From NCBI GenBank assembly GCA_965228735.1, contig OZ245838.1:4096001-4160000 (forward strand): a stretch of 64,000 nucleotides of DNA. Direction: 5' to 3'. Under the pieces are notes generated by a model. That model worked only from the letters and a program-made list of their open reading frames with translations, had not been told where the DNA came from and ran no database searches. Within the stretch, counting starts at the first letter, position 1. The number at the start of each line of letters is the position of its first letter. Position numbers and translations under genes: made by a program. This DNA comes from Planctomycetota bacterium (GTDB lineage Bacteria > Planctomycetota > UBA1135 > UBA2386). Positions 18,580 through 28,446 of the stretch are shown here, in pieces.

Positions 18580-20472
18580 TTACGTGCCGATCTTCGCGCA
18601 GACGCCGTTCGACGCGATGACGCCAGCGGCGTTGAGGCCCGGCGTGATCGTGCCCGACTGCAGGAACACCTGCGTGTTGTTGAAGCCCGTCGGGACGTTC
18701 CAGGTCCAGCGCAGCTCGTTGTTCGCGGCGAACACGAACACACTCGTCACGATCGCGCCGATGTTCAGGTTCGACGTGCAGCCAGGCATGCCGAACGGGC
18801 CGAGGTTGAGGCCCGGGCTCTGCGGCAGCAGACCGATCGAGATGAAGCCGGCGCCGGTGCCAGCCGTGAGGCTGTCGACGACGATGTCGACGCTGGTGCC
18901 CGCGATCGGGCGGCCGTCGACGAACAGGTTCGGCGGGAAGGCGCCGTCACCCGTCTGGATCGCGCCAGCGCCCGACCAGTCGGTCAGACCGCCGAGCGGC
19001 GAGCCGTCACCCTTCGAGTAGCCGAGGATGGCATCGTTGCCACTCGCGGCGTCCGAGTTGAACAGGGTGCCGAAGGCGACGTCGAACTGGCCGCTGTCGT
19101 ACAGCGTCAGCTGGATGTCGCAGACTTCGTTCGCAACCGCCGGCCAGTTCGGGACGCCCTGCCACGTGATGCGGGCCGTCGTCGGGGTCGGGTTCTCGAA
19201 GTAGAGCGCACCGACGCCGCCGTTCAGGGCGAGGTCGAGGTCGAGGTCGGCGTTGAACGCGCAGATCTGCGCCAGCGGACCGCTCGGCGGGCCGTCACGG
19301 AAGGTGGCGGTGCTGCCGTAGTTCGAACCGCAGGTCGCGAACGAGGCATCCGTCGTCAGACCGAGGTAGATCTTGCCGTTGCTGTTGATCGTGATGTCGG
19401 TCGTCGTGCCACCCGGGTGCGGGAACGAGAAGCCCAGCGGCTGGGTGATGCAAGCATCGTCCCAGGTGCCAGAAGAGCTCGACGTGAAGCCCGTCGGGTT
19501 GCCGGCGAGGTTCGTGCCGCTCGCAACCGGAGCGAACGGGGCGCCCGGAACGATGAGGTAGGAGTCCTGCGGGGAACCCTGCGGCAGCCACGTGTAGCCA
19601 CCACCGACGGCGCCGGTCGCCTCGTACTGCGAACCCTGGGCCGTGCCGGCCGGGATGACGTCGTACGCCGCCTGCGGGCGGTTGTAGCAGCCTTCACCGT
19701 ACTGGAGCGAGAGCGCAGCGCTCGCGTCCGGCGTGTACTGGATCTGGATGTTGACGCTGTCCTGCGCGCCGTTCGGGGTCGCGTTGTCGATCACCGCGCC
19801 CGTCGCGTCGACGGTGTGCCAGCCGTTCTGCTGGATGCCGTCGTTGCTGAGCGTGATGAACTGGTCGCTCCAGGTGATCGCCGGGTTCGGGCTCACACCG
19901 ATCGTGTGGATCGCGCCCGTGTTGGCGGTGACGACCAGCGGCGTGTTCGTGTAGGTCGTCGGGATGACCTGGATGCACATGCCGTACTGGCCGGCCGGCA
20001 GCGTGAACGGCGTCGGGTTGCCGGTGACCGGGTCCTTGAAGTTCGCGATCGGGCTGTCGCCGTTCCAGGCGACGACCGTCAGCTCACCGAGAACCTCGGG
20101 CTCACCGTCGGCGGTGCCGGCACCGGTCGCGTCGATGCCCCAGTTCGCGCGCATGGTCTCGTTGCCGACGCGCGTGCCCGGGATCAGGTAGATGCGAACC
20201 TCGGCGATGTTGCCGACCTGGTCCGGAACGACCGGGTTACCAGCACCCTGGTCGTACGTCGTGACGTTCATCCCGGTGATCTCGATCGGCGACGCCAGAT
20301 CGATGTCGATGAACTGGCCGAGCGAGTTGTCGACGAGGTTGCCGTAGTAGAAACTCGCGGCCCACGGATCGTAGGTGCGAATGTCGGACGGAGGCGGACT
20401 ACCGGCGCAGTTCTGCGCCATGGCGATCGTCGACGTAGCGGCGACCGCGAGAGCCAAGGAGACCTTGTGCAT
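18580..20472 (-). CDS. Secreted/surface protein with signal peptide and shared C-terminal domain; paralog of 47883..49649
   Basis: Signal peptide ending AMA-Q; Gly/Thr/Asn-rich; YGEGC motif; C-terminal RPIAG...PGC...FLQ...SNG. Confidence 0.75.
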   Translation of the reverse strand: MHKVSLALAVAATSTIAMAQNCAGSPPPSDIRTYDPWAASFYYGNLVDNSLGQFIDIDLASPIEITGMNVTTYDQGAGNPVVPDQVGNIAEVRIYLIPGTRVGNETMRANWGIDATGAGTADGEPEVLGELTVVAWNGDSPIANFKDPVTGNPTPFTLPAGQYGMCIQVIPTTYTNTPLVVTANTGAIHTIGVSPNPAITWSDQFITLSNDGIQQNGWHTVDATGAVIDNATPNGAQDSVNIQIQYTPDASAALSLQYGEGCYNRPQAAYDVIPAGTAQGSQYEATGAVGGGYTWLPQGSPQDSYLIVPGAPFAPVASGTNLAGNPTGFTSSSSGTWDDACITQPLGFSFPHPGGTTTDITINSNGKIYLGLTTDASFATCGSNYGSTATFRDGPPSGPLAQICAFNADLDLDLALNGGVGALYFENPTPTTARITWQGVPNWPAVANEVCDIQLTLYDSGQFDVAFGTLFNSDAASGNDAILGYSKGDGSPLGGLTDWSGAGAIQTGDGAFPPNLFVDGRPIAGTSVDIVVDSLTAGTGAGFISIGLLPQSPGLNLGPFGMPGCTSNLNIGAIVTSVFVFAANNELRWTWNVPTGFNNTQVFLQSGTITPGLNAAGVIASNGVCAKIGT

Positions 20473-20817
20473 GTTTTGTCTTGTCTTGGAGAAGGGAGAA
20501 AGAAGGTCCTGGGACAGGACCAGGGGGAGCCATGGTTCCGCGCCCGGGCGATCTCGTCAACGTGGTCCGAAGACCAGGGTGATTCGACGCTTGCGGCGAA
20601 GGCGAAATGCAGCGAGAAACCTGGCGGCGAAGGGTATCGCACCGACCGGGGGTGAGTCGGCGGACTACGGACGTCGGGCGCCCGGGCAATGTTCGGCGGA
20701 TCCGCAGATTTTGACCGGGCACGTTGCCATGATGCAGTTTGCGGTGATCCGTAGCCCGCGGCAGTCGCCCCGTCATGCCATGGCCCTAAACCCGGGCGAC
20801 ATCGTAGACTTCGCGCG

Positions 20818-21447
20818 ATGACCGACCTGTGGATCGCGACCGGGAATGCCAAGAAGCGCGCTGAGCTCGAGCGCCTCGTCGACTCCTTCGGCGTCCGCGT
20901 CCTATCGCCCGCCGCATTGGGTAGTCGGTCGAACGAATATGTCCCGATCGAGGACCAACCGACGTTCGCGGGTAACGCCGAGAAAAAGGCGGCGGCGCTG
21001 GCACGACTTTGTGACGCCCACACGCTCGCGGACGACAGCGGCCTGTGCGTCGACGCGCTCGATGGCCGCCCCGGGGTGCACTCCGCCCGCTACGGCGGCC
21101 CCGGCCTCGACGACGCCGGCCGCGTCCGCGCGTTGCTCGAGGAGCTCGCGGCGGTCCCGCCCGAACGCCGCACGGCGCGCTTCGTCTGCAGCCTGTGCGT
21201 GTGCGATGGCGACGGCACGGTGCTGACCCGCATCGAGGAGAGCTGCGAGGGCACGCTCCTGACGGAGCCGAGCGGCGCCGGCGGCTTCGGCTACGACCCG
21301 ATCTTCGTGCCGCTCGAGTTCGACGGCGATCCGGCGCGCACGTTCGCCCGCCTCGACGCGGAGCAGAAGGACCGACTGAGCCACCGCGGCAAGGCGCTGC
21401 GCAAGCTCGCTTCGGTGCTGCCGACGATTCTGCCGAAGGATCGATAG
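20818..21447 (+). CDS. rdgB: Non-canonical purine NTP pyrophosphatase RdgB/Ham1
   Basis: ATGNAKK, ADDSGL, PGVHSARY, GFGYDPIF, SHRGKAL. Confidence 0.93.
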   Translation: MTDLWIATGNAKKRAELERLVDSFGVRVLSPAALGSRSNEYVPIEDQPTFAGNAEKKAAALARLCDAHTLADDSGLCVDALDGRPGVHSARYGGPGLDDAGRVRALLEELAAVPPERRTARFVCSLCVCDGDGTVLTRIEESCEGTLLTEPSGAGGFGYDPIFVPLEFDGDPARTFARLDAEQKDRLSHRGKALRKLASVLPTILPKDR

Positions 21448-21484
21448 GCCAGCACCCCCCGCGCCGGCCCCAGCCGCGACCGCC

Positions 21485-23323
21485 ATGACGATCGAGATCC
21501 TCATCGTGCTCACCACGCTCGCCGCGGTGCTCACGCTGCTGATCGGCACGCGCATTCCGGCCGATGCGATCCTCGTTGCCGGGCTGACGCTGCTGCTCGC
21601 CGTGCCGGTCCCGGTCGACGGTGGCGTGCAGATCGGCATCGTGACGCTGGCGGACGGCGTGCAGGGCTTCGGCAACCCCGGCATGCTCGCGGTCGGCGCG
21701 CTGTTCGTCGTCGTCACGGGTCTTCGCGAGACGGGCGCGATCGACTGGATCGCGACGACGCTGCTCGGTCGGCCGCAGAACGAACGCTCCGCGATCGTGC
21801 GCGTCATGCTGCCGGTCGCCGCGATGAGCGCGTTCCTCAACAACACGCCCGTCGTCGCGATGATGATCCCGGCGATCCAGGACTGGAGCAAACGACTGCA
21901 GCTGGCCGCGTCGCGCCTGCTGATCCCGTTGAGCTACGCCGCGATCCTCGGCGGCACGTGCACGCTGATCGGCACGAGCACCAATCTCGTGGTGGCCGGC
22001 CTCGTCGCGGAGAACCCGACCATCCCCGACCTCGCCATGTTCGACCTGACCTGGGTCGGGCTGCCGTGTGCCGTGCTCTGCGGCGCGCTCGTCGTGTTCC
22101 TCGGCCCGCGGTTGCTGCCGAACCGCGCCGGCACCCTCGGCACCGGCGCTGCGGGCACCGCCGGCACCGCGAGCCTCGCCGACACCAAGGAGTACACCCT
22201 CGAGCTCGTCGTGCCGACCGGCAGCCCGCTCGCGGGCCGCAGTATCGACGAGGCCGGGCTGCGTCGATTGCCGGGGTGCTTCCTGATCGAGATCGAACGC
22301 GGGGGCGAGATCATCGCATCGGTCGGACCGCACCGCCGGCTCGAGGAAGGCGACCGTCTGTTGTTCGCCGGCGTCGTCGACTCGATCCGCGACCTCGTGA
22401 AGACGCGCGGGCTCGAACTCGCGACCGACCAGGTCTTCAAGCTCGACGCGCCGCGCTACAAGCGCCGACTGTTCGAGGCCGTCGTCGCGCCGACCTCGGA
22501 GCTCACGGGCACGACGATCCGCGCGGCCGGCTTCCGCAACCGCTTCGCCGGCGCCGTCATCGCCGTCGCGCGCAACGGCGAACGGGTGCGCGGGCGCCTC
22601 GGCGACATCCGGCTCAAGGGCGGTGATCTGTTGCTCGTCGAAGCCGAACCCAAGTTCGACGACCGCGCGAGCGCGTCCGGCGACTTCCTGCTCGTGCGGT
22701 CGCTCGAGGACTCGACGCCGCGCCAGCATGCGCGCGCGCCGCTCGCCGTGCTGATCCTGCTCACGATGGTCGTGCTCGTGACGACCGGCGTCTATCCGAT
22801 GCTGGTCGCCGCACTCCTCGCGGCCGGCGCCATGGTGCTGACGCGGTGCTCGACGCTCACGGTCGCGCGGCGCGCGATCGACTGGTCACTGCTGATCGTG
22901 ATCGGCGCATCGCTCGGCATCGGCGAAGCGATGTCCCAGAGCGGCGCGGCCGACTGGCTCGCAGGCTCGGTGCTCGCCCTGAGCGGCGGCAACGCGTGGC
23001 TCATGCTCGCGGCCGTCTACGCCACGACCGCGCTGCTCACCGCGGCGGTCAGCAACGCGGCCTCCGTCGCGCTCATGTTCCACATCGCGGTCGCGGGCGC
23101 GACGGCCCACGAGCTCGACCCGATGCCGTTCGTGATCGCCGTGATGATGGCCGGCTCCGCGAGCTTCGCGACGCCGATCGGCTACCAGACCAACCTCATG
23201 GTGTACGGCCCGGGTGGCTACACGTTCCGCGACTTCCTCCGCATCGGCGTGCCGGTCAACCTCGCGGCCGGCATCGGCACCGTGGCGCTGACGCCATGGG
23301 TGTTTCCGTTCCACCCACAATGA
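21485..23323 (+). CDS. SLC13/DASS permease with two TrkA-C domains (probable sulfate transporter)
   Basis: SAFLNNTPVVA, LGGTCTLIGTSTNL, SFATPIGYQTNLMVYGPGGY; sits beside cysQ and cysDNC. Confidence 0.88.
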   Translation: MTIEILIVLTTLAAVLTLLIGTRIPADAILVAGLTLLLAVPVPVDGGVQIGIVTLADGVQGFGNPGMLAVGALFVVVTGLRETGAIDWIATTLLGRPQNERSAIVRVMLPVAAMSAFLNNTPVVAMMIPAIQDWSKRLQLAASRLLIPLSYAAILGGTCTLIGTSTNLVVAGLVAENPTIPDLAMFDLTWVGLPCAVLCGALVVFLGPRLLPNRAGTLGTGAAGTAGTASLADTKEYTLELVVPTGSPLAGRSIDEAGLRRLPGCFLIEIERGGEIIASVGPHRRLEEGDRLLFAGVVDSIRDLVKTRGLELATDQVFKLDAPRYKRRLFEAVVAPTSELTGTTIRAAGFRNRFAGAVIAVARNGERVRGRLGDIRLKGGDLLLVEAEPKFDDRASASGDFLLVRSLEDSTPRQHARAPLAVLILLTMVVLVTTGVYPMLVAALLAAGAMVLTRCSTLTVARRAIDWSLLIVIGASLGIGEAMSQSGAADWLAGSVLALSGGNAWLMLAAVYATTALLTAAVSNAASVALMFHIAVAGATAHELDPMPFVIAVMMAGSASFATPIGYQTNLMVYGPGGYTFRDFLRIGVPVNLAAGIGTVALTPWVFPFHPQ

Positions 23324-23459
23324 CCGACGACGCCGGCGGCCTGGTGAATTCTCGGCGCTCGCGTGGATCGGTGGGATGATCTGTGAACAGTGGCGTTGCC
23401 GCATCGGGCGTTGGAGTTTGTACCTGGCACCGCACCCAACCCGTGATACGACTTTCGCG

Positions 23460-24305
23460 ATGACTGCCCCGACTGCGGATGAACTCCAGGCGCGCCTCGA
23501 CTTCGCGGCGCAGATCGCCGGTGAAGCCGGCCAACGGCTCAGCGGATTGCGGGCGAGCGGGCGTTGGGCGGACGAGAAGATTCTCGGCGACGTCGGCGAT
23601 CAGGCCGCGGACGGCTATCTGCAGGGCTATCTGCGTGGGCGCTATCCCGAGGACGGCATCCTGTCGGAGGAGACGAAGGACTCGCCCGAACGGCAGCAAC
23701 GGCGCTACACGTGGATCGTCGATCCGCTCGACGGCACGAAGGAGTACCGCACGCAGCGCCACGACTGGGCGGTGCACGTCGGCCTGTGCCTCGACGGGGA
23801 GCCGCTGCTCGGCGCGGTGGCGCTGCCGGGGGTCGGGCGCGTGATGCGGGGCATCTGCGCTGCGGGACACGTTCGGGCAGATGTCACGGTCACGGGCGAC
23901 GTCGCGGGCAAGGCGGATTGGCCGCGCGCGTTCGCCGGCGATTCGCACGAGGCCCCGCATGACGGACCGCTCCGCATCGCCGCGAGCCGGAGCCATACCC
24001 CGGACTGGATGACGCGCTTCGTCGACCACCTCGGCAACGCCGAACTCGTGCCGTCCGGCAGCGTCGGCTTCAAGGTCTCGCTGCTGCTGTTCGGCAAGGC
24101 CGACGTCTACGTCCACAAGACCGGCCTCAAGGAGTGGGACACGTGCGCGCCGGAGGCGATCGCCCGCGCCGCGGGCTGGGCCGTCTGCCGGCTCAGCGGC
24201 GAGGCCCAGCGTTACAACCAGGACAACCCGCGGAACGACGAGATCGCGGTGTGTCGCAAGGAGTTGCTGCCGCGGGTGCTCGAGAGCGTGCAGGCCGCGC
24301 TGTAG
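23460..24305 (+). CDS. cysQ: 3'(2'),5'-bisphosphate nucleotidase CysQ
   Basis: ILSEE, WIVDPLDGTKEY, SRSH, EWDTCA; start moved to ATG 23460. Confidence 0.85.
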   Translation: MTAPTADELQARLDFAAQIAGEAGQRLSGLRASGRWADEKILGDVGDQAADGYLQGYLRGRYPEDGILSEETKDSPERQQRRYTWIVDPLDGTKEYRTQRHDWAVHVGLCLDGEPLLGAVALPGVGRVMRGICAAGHVRADVTVTGDVAGKADWPRAFAGDSHEAPHDGPLRIAASRSHTPDWMTRFVDHLGNAELVPSGSVGFKVSLLLFGKADVYVHKTGLKEWDTCAPEAIARAAGWAVCRLSGEAQRYNQDNPRNDEIAVCRKELLPRVLESVQAAL

Positions 24306-24351
24306 TGGGCTTCTGTCCGACCCCGCACCGTGTCGATGACCGACTGACCCC

Positions 24352-25248
24352 ATGAGCTTCGTTCGCACCTACGACGCCGGCAACGCACCGCGCGGCATCT
24401 TCCGCCACCTGCGGGCGCTGCTCGGCTACCCGGCGCTGGTCTGGCAGAACCGGTTCCTGATCCACAACAGCTTCCGCCGCGAGCTCATGAGCCGCTGGCA
24501 CGGCTCGTTCCTCGGCGCGTTCTGGATGCTCGCGCAGCCGCTGTTCCAGTTCGCGATCTACTACTTCATCTTCGGCCTGCTGTTCGGCGAGCGCGGCACC
24601 GACAAGGCACCCGACGGTGCGTTCGCGGTCTACCTGTTCAGCGGCATCATCGTGTTCCACGCGCTGACCGAAGCGTCGAACAAGTGCGTGAGCATCATCG
24701 GCGCGAACGGCAACCTCGTGAAGAAGGTCGCGTTCCCGTCCGAGGCGCTCGTCATCCCCGTCACGATGATCTCGCTCGTGCTCTATCTCATCGGGGCGAT
24801 CGTCTGCCTCGTGATCGGGATGGCACTCGGGATCCTCGAACCGGGTCCGCTCCTGCTGATGCTGCCGGTCATCCTCGCCGTGCAGGCGGTGTTCACGATC
24901 GGCTTCGGACTGTTCCTCGCCAACCTCAACGTGTTCGTCCCCGACGTCGGACAGCTGTGGCGCATCATCTCGATGGCGTGGATCTTCCTGACGCCGGTGT
25001 TCTGGATGCCGGATCGGCTGGCCAACCTGCACGATCACGGGCTCGGGTTCGTCGAGACGATCGCGCGCTACGGCAATCCGGCGTTCTCGCTCGTCATGTG
25101 CCACCGCCTCGCGCTCGGGGGCACCAGCCCGATGCTCGGCGAGTTCTGGCCGCAGTTCGGCGTCTTCTGCGCCTGGGCGTTGTTCTTCCTCGTCCTCGGC
25201 TACACGACGTTCGTGAGCCAGAAAGAGAAGTACGCCGACATCGTCTGA
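24352..25248 (+). CDS. wzm: ABC-2 polysaccharide export permease (Wzm/RfbA-like)
   Basis: GSFLGAFW..AQPL, NLVKKVAFP, FLTPVFW, NP motif, C-terminal YADIV. Confidence 0.85.
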   Translation: MSFVRTYDAGNAPRGIFRHLRALLGYPALVWQNRFLIHNSFRRELMSRWHGSFLGAFWMLAQPLFQFAIYYFIFGLLFGERGTDKAPDGAFAVYLFSGIIVFHALTEASNKCVSIIGANGNLVKKVAFPSEALVIPVTMISLVLYLIGAIVCLVIGMALGILEPGPLLLMLPVILAVQAVFTIGFGLFLANLNVFVPDVGQLWRIISMAWIFLTPVFWMPDRLANLHDHGLGFVETIARYGNPAFSLVMCHRLALGGTSPMLGEFWPQFGVFCAWALFFLVLGYTTFVSQKEKYADIV

Positions 25249-25272
25249 CGCGCGCGACCGCCCAGAGAACGA

Positions 25273-26499
25273 CTACGACTGCGGCGCCGCGGCGCCCTCG
25301 TCGACCGTCCAGCGGTGGTCCTGCAGGAACAGGCCGATGTCCTTCGTCCGGTTCTTGATGATCAGGCACTGCTCCGCCGGTCGCTCGTGGAACCGGTGCA
25401 CGCCGTTCTCGTCGAACAGCCAGATCGGCAGCGTGAACTCACCCGACAGCAGGTTGACGCCGTCGTAGTGCAGCGTCACGTGGCCCTCGGCAAAGTCGAA
25501 CACGAGGTCGTGGAACTGCGTCGTGTGCGCGAAGCACAGCGTGCCGTCCGAACGCATCGCGCCGACCGCCATCGTCAGACGCTCGCGCTTCGGGTTCCTC
25601 ACGTGTACGCGGATCGCGACGTCGTCCCCCGGAGCGAACTCGTTGCGCAGCTCGCCGGTCTTGCCGTCGAGGATCTGCGCGCCGAGGATGCGCGGCGCGT
25701 CGTCACCGCGATTCTTCGCCTCCGGCTTGTCATCGTAGGCGACGTGATCGCCGCCGCCCGAGACCTTGTTCTCGTAGGTCGCGTACTCGTTGGTCACGGC
25801 GACCGAGTCGTCGAGCATCTCGATCTGCCCCTGCTTCATCCAGATGGCGCGGTCGCAGATCTGCCGCACGTCGTAGAGCGAGTGCGAGCAGAAGAACATC
25901 GAGCGCCCCTTGCGCTTGAAGTCCCAGATCTTCTCGACGCACTTGCGGCGGAAGTTCATGTCGCCGACCGAGAGGATCTCGTCGATGATCATCAGGTCCG
26001 GCTCCGTCGACATCGCGACGCTGAAGCCGAGGCGGGCGGCCATGCCGGACGAGTAGGTTCGCACGGGCGCGTTGATGAACTCGCCGAGCTCGCTGAACTC
26101 GATGATCTCGTCGACCTTCTTGCGAGCCTCCTTGCGCGAGAACCCCATGATCGCCGCGTTCATGAAGATGTTCTCGCGGCCCGTGAAGCTCTTGTGGAAG
26201 CCCGATCCGAGCTCGAGCAGGCTCGTGACGCGACCGCGAACCGTGTAGCGGCCGCGCGTCGGGAACGTCGTGCCGCTGAGCACCTTGAGCAACGTCGACT
26301 TGCCAGCACCATTGGTGCCGACGAGCCCCATGCACTCGCCCGGCTTGACGTCGAAGGACACGTTCTTCAGCGCGTGAATCGCACGATGCCGCGGCTTCTT
26401 GTTCCACGGCATCCGCTCGAGCAAGCGACCGTACGGGTTGCCATACAGCCGATACGTCTTGCTCAGGTCGAATGCTTCGATGACCGGTTCGGTCGCCAC
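25273..26499 (-). CDS. wzt: Polysaccharide export ATP-binding protein with C-terminal Wzt_C-like domain
   Basis: GTNGAGKSTLLK, LELGSGFH, YSSGM, IIDEILSVGD, plus a ~150-aa beta-rich C-terminal extension. Confidence 0.88.
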   Translation of the reverse strand: MATEPVIEAFDLSKTYRLYGNPYGRLLERMPWNKKPRHRAIHALKNVSFDVKPGECMGLVGTNGAGKSTLLKVLSGTTFPTRGRYTVRGRVTSLLELGSGFHKSFTGRENIFMNAAIMGFSRKEARKKVDEIIEFSELGEFINAPVRTYSSGMAARLGFSVAMSTEPDLMIIDEILSVGDMNFRRKCVEKIWDFKRKGRSMFFCSHSLYDVRQICDRAIWMKQGQIEMLDDSVAVTNEYATYENKVSGGGDHVAYDDKPEAKNRGDDAPRILGAQILDGKTGELRNEFAPGDDVAIRVHVRNPKRERLTMAVGAMRSDGTLCFAHTTQFHDLVFDFAEGHVTLHYDGVNLLSGEFTLPIWLFDENGVHRFHERPAEQCLIIKNRTKDIGLFLQDHRWTVDEGAAAPQS

Positions 26500-26502
26500 T
26501 TG

Positions 26503-28446
26503 TCAGCTCAGCAGGTTGCGGGAACGCAGGAACGCGAGGACCTTGTCGACGTTGGCATCGACGCCCTCGTTCACGGTATCCAACACGAGGTCCGGCTGCT
26601 TGCTCGGCTCGTACGGCGCATCGACGCCCGTGACGTTGGCGATCTCCCCGGCGCGGGCGCGGGCGTAGAGGCCGTCCTCGTCGCGCTGCTCGCAGACGTC
26701 CAGCGGCGCGTTGCAGAACACCTCGACGAACGCCTCGGAGTCCACGATCTCGCGCGCCTGCTGGCGCTCGAACTCGATCGGTGACACGAGTGCCACCACC
26801 GTGCTGACGCCGAGTCCGAGGTTGAGCCGCGCGATCTCCGCCGCCCGTCGCTGATTCTCCCAGCGGTCCGCGCCGGAGAAGCCGAGGTCGCGGTTGATGC
26901 CGAGACGCAGGATCTCGCCGTCGAGCACCTGCACGTGCTTCTGCTCGTCGAACAGCTTCTGCTCGAGCGCGTAGGCGATCGACGACTTGCCCGACCGCGG
27001 CAAACCCGTGATCCAGAGCACGAACGGCTCCTGGCCGAGGCGCTGCCGGCGCGCCTCCGGCGTGACCTGCCGTTTCTTCTGCAGCCGCACGTTGCTGCCC
27101 GCGTCGGCGCTCTTCTGCCGGCGACCCGTCGTCTCGTCGGCCGTCTTGCGCTCGACGATCATCGCCGCGCCGACCGTCGCGTTGGTCAACCGATCGATGA
27201 GGATGAACGAGCCCATGCCGCGGTTCTTGACGTAGGCGTCGGCGGCGAGCGGCCGGCTGCACTCGACGCGAATGCGGCCGACCTCGTTCATCTCGAGCTT
27301 GCTCGCTTCCTCACGGTGCAGGTCACCGACGTTGATCCGGTAGCGGATGTCCGAGACGACGGCCGGCGTTGACGACGTCGCGTGCTTGACGAGGTACTGC
27401 TTGCCCACCTGCAGCGCGGCCTCGTCGAACCAGACGATCATCGCCTCGACGGCGTTACTCAGGGACGGCGCGTTCTTCGGCGACACGATCACGTCACCGC
27501 GGCTCGCATCGATCTCGTCCTCGAGCGTGACCGTCACGGCCATCGACGCGAACGCCTCCTCGAGATCACCGTCGTAGGTGACGATCGACTTGACCTTGCT
27601 CTGCTTGCCCGACGGCACGACGGCGATCGGATCCCCGACGCGCAACACACCCGACGCGATCGTCCCGGCGAAGCCGCGGAAGTCGAGGTTCGGCCGCACG
27701 ACGCGCTGCACCGGCAGGCGCAGATCGACGAGGTTGCGATCGCTCGCGAGGTGCACCGTCTCGAGGTGATCGAGCAACGGCGAACCCTGGAACCACGGCA
27801 TGCTGTCGCCGCGGTGCACCACGTTCTCGCCCTTGAGCGCCGACATCGGGATGAAGTGGATGTCGCGCACCTGCAGGCGCGCCGCGAACTCGCTGTAGTC
27901 GTCGCGGATCTCCTGGAAGCGGTCCTCGCTGTAGTCGACGAGGTCCATCTTGTTGATCGCGACGACGAAGTGCTGGATGCCCAGCAGCGCGCAGATGAAC
28001 GAGTGCCGCCGCGTCTGCTCGAGCACGCCGTGGCGCGCGTCGATGAGGATCACCGCGAGGTCGCAGTTGCTCGCGCCCGTCGCCATGTTGCGCGTGTATT
28101 GCACGTGCCCCGGCGTGTCCGCGATGATGAACTTGCGCGACTCGGTCGCGAAGTAGCGATACGCCACGTCGATCGTGATGCCCTGCTCACGCTCGGCCTG
28201 CAGCCCGTCGACGAGCAGCGCGAGGTCGACCTCTTCGCCCGTCGTGCCGAACTTGGCGGTCGCCTTCTTGGTCGCGGCCAACACGTCGTCGAAGACGAGC
28301 TGGCTGTCGAAGAGCAACCGGCCGATGAGCGTCGACTTGCCGTCGTCGACGCTGCCGCACGTCAGCAACCGCAGCATGCCGCGATCGCCGTAGCGCTCGA
28401 GGTAGCCCTCGATGCCGTGTTGATCGATCTCGCTCTGGTAGGACAT
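26503..28446 (-). CDS. cysN: Sulfate adenylyltransferase large subunit fused to an APS kinase-like domain (CysN/CysC)
   Basis: TCGSVDDGKSTLIGRL, AEREQGITIDVAYRYF, DTPGH, NKMD; C-terminal APS kinase-like domain. Confidence 0.95.
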   Translation of the reverse strand: MSYQSEIDQHGIEGYLERYGDRGMLRLLTCGSVDDGKSTLIGRLLFDSQLVFDDVLAATKKATAKFGTTGEEVDLALLVDGLQAEREQGITIDVAYRYFATESRKFIIADTPGHVQYTRNMATGASNCDLAVILIDARHGVLEQTRRHSFICALLGIQHFVVAINKMDLVDYSEDRFQEIRDDYSEFAARLQVRDIHFIPMSALKGENVVHRGDSMPWFQGSPLLDHLETVHLASDRNLVDLRLPVQRVVRPNLDFRGFAGTIASGVLRVGDPIAVVPSGKQSKVKSIVTYDGDLEEAFASMAVTVTLEDEIDASRGDVIVSPKNAPSLSNAVEAMIVWFDEAALQVGKQYLVKHATSSTPAVVSDIRYRINVGDLHREEASKLEMNEVGRIRVECSRPLAADAYVKNRGMGSFILIDRLTNATVGAAMIVERKTADETTGRRQKSADAGSNVRLQKKRQVTPEARRQRLGQEPFVLWITGLPRSGKSSIAYALEQKLFDEQKHVQVLDGEILRLGINRDLGFSGADRWENQRRAAEIARLNLGLGVSTVVALVSPIEFERQQAREIVDSEAFVEVFCNAPLDVCEQRDEDGLYARARAGEIANVTGVDAPYEPSKQPDLVLDTVNEGVDANVDKVLAFLRSRNLLS

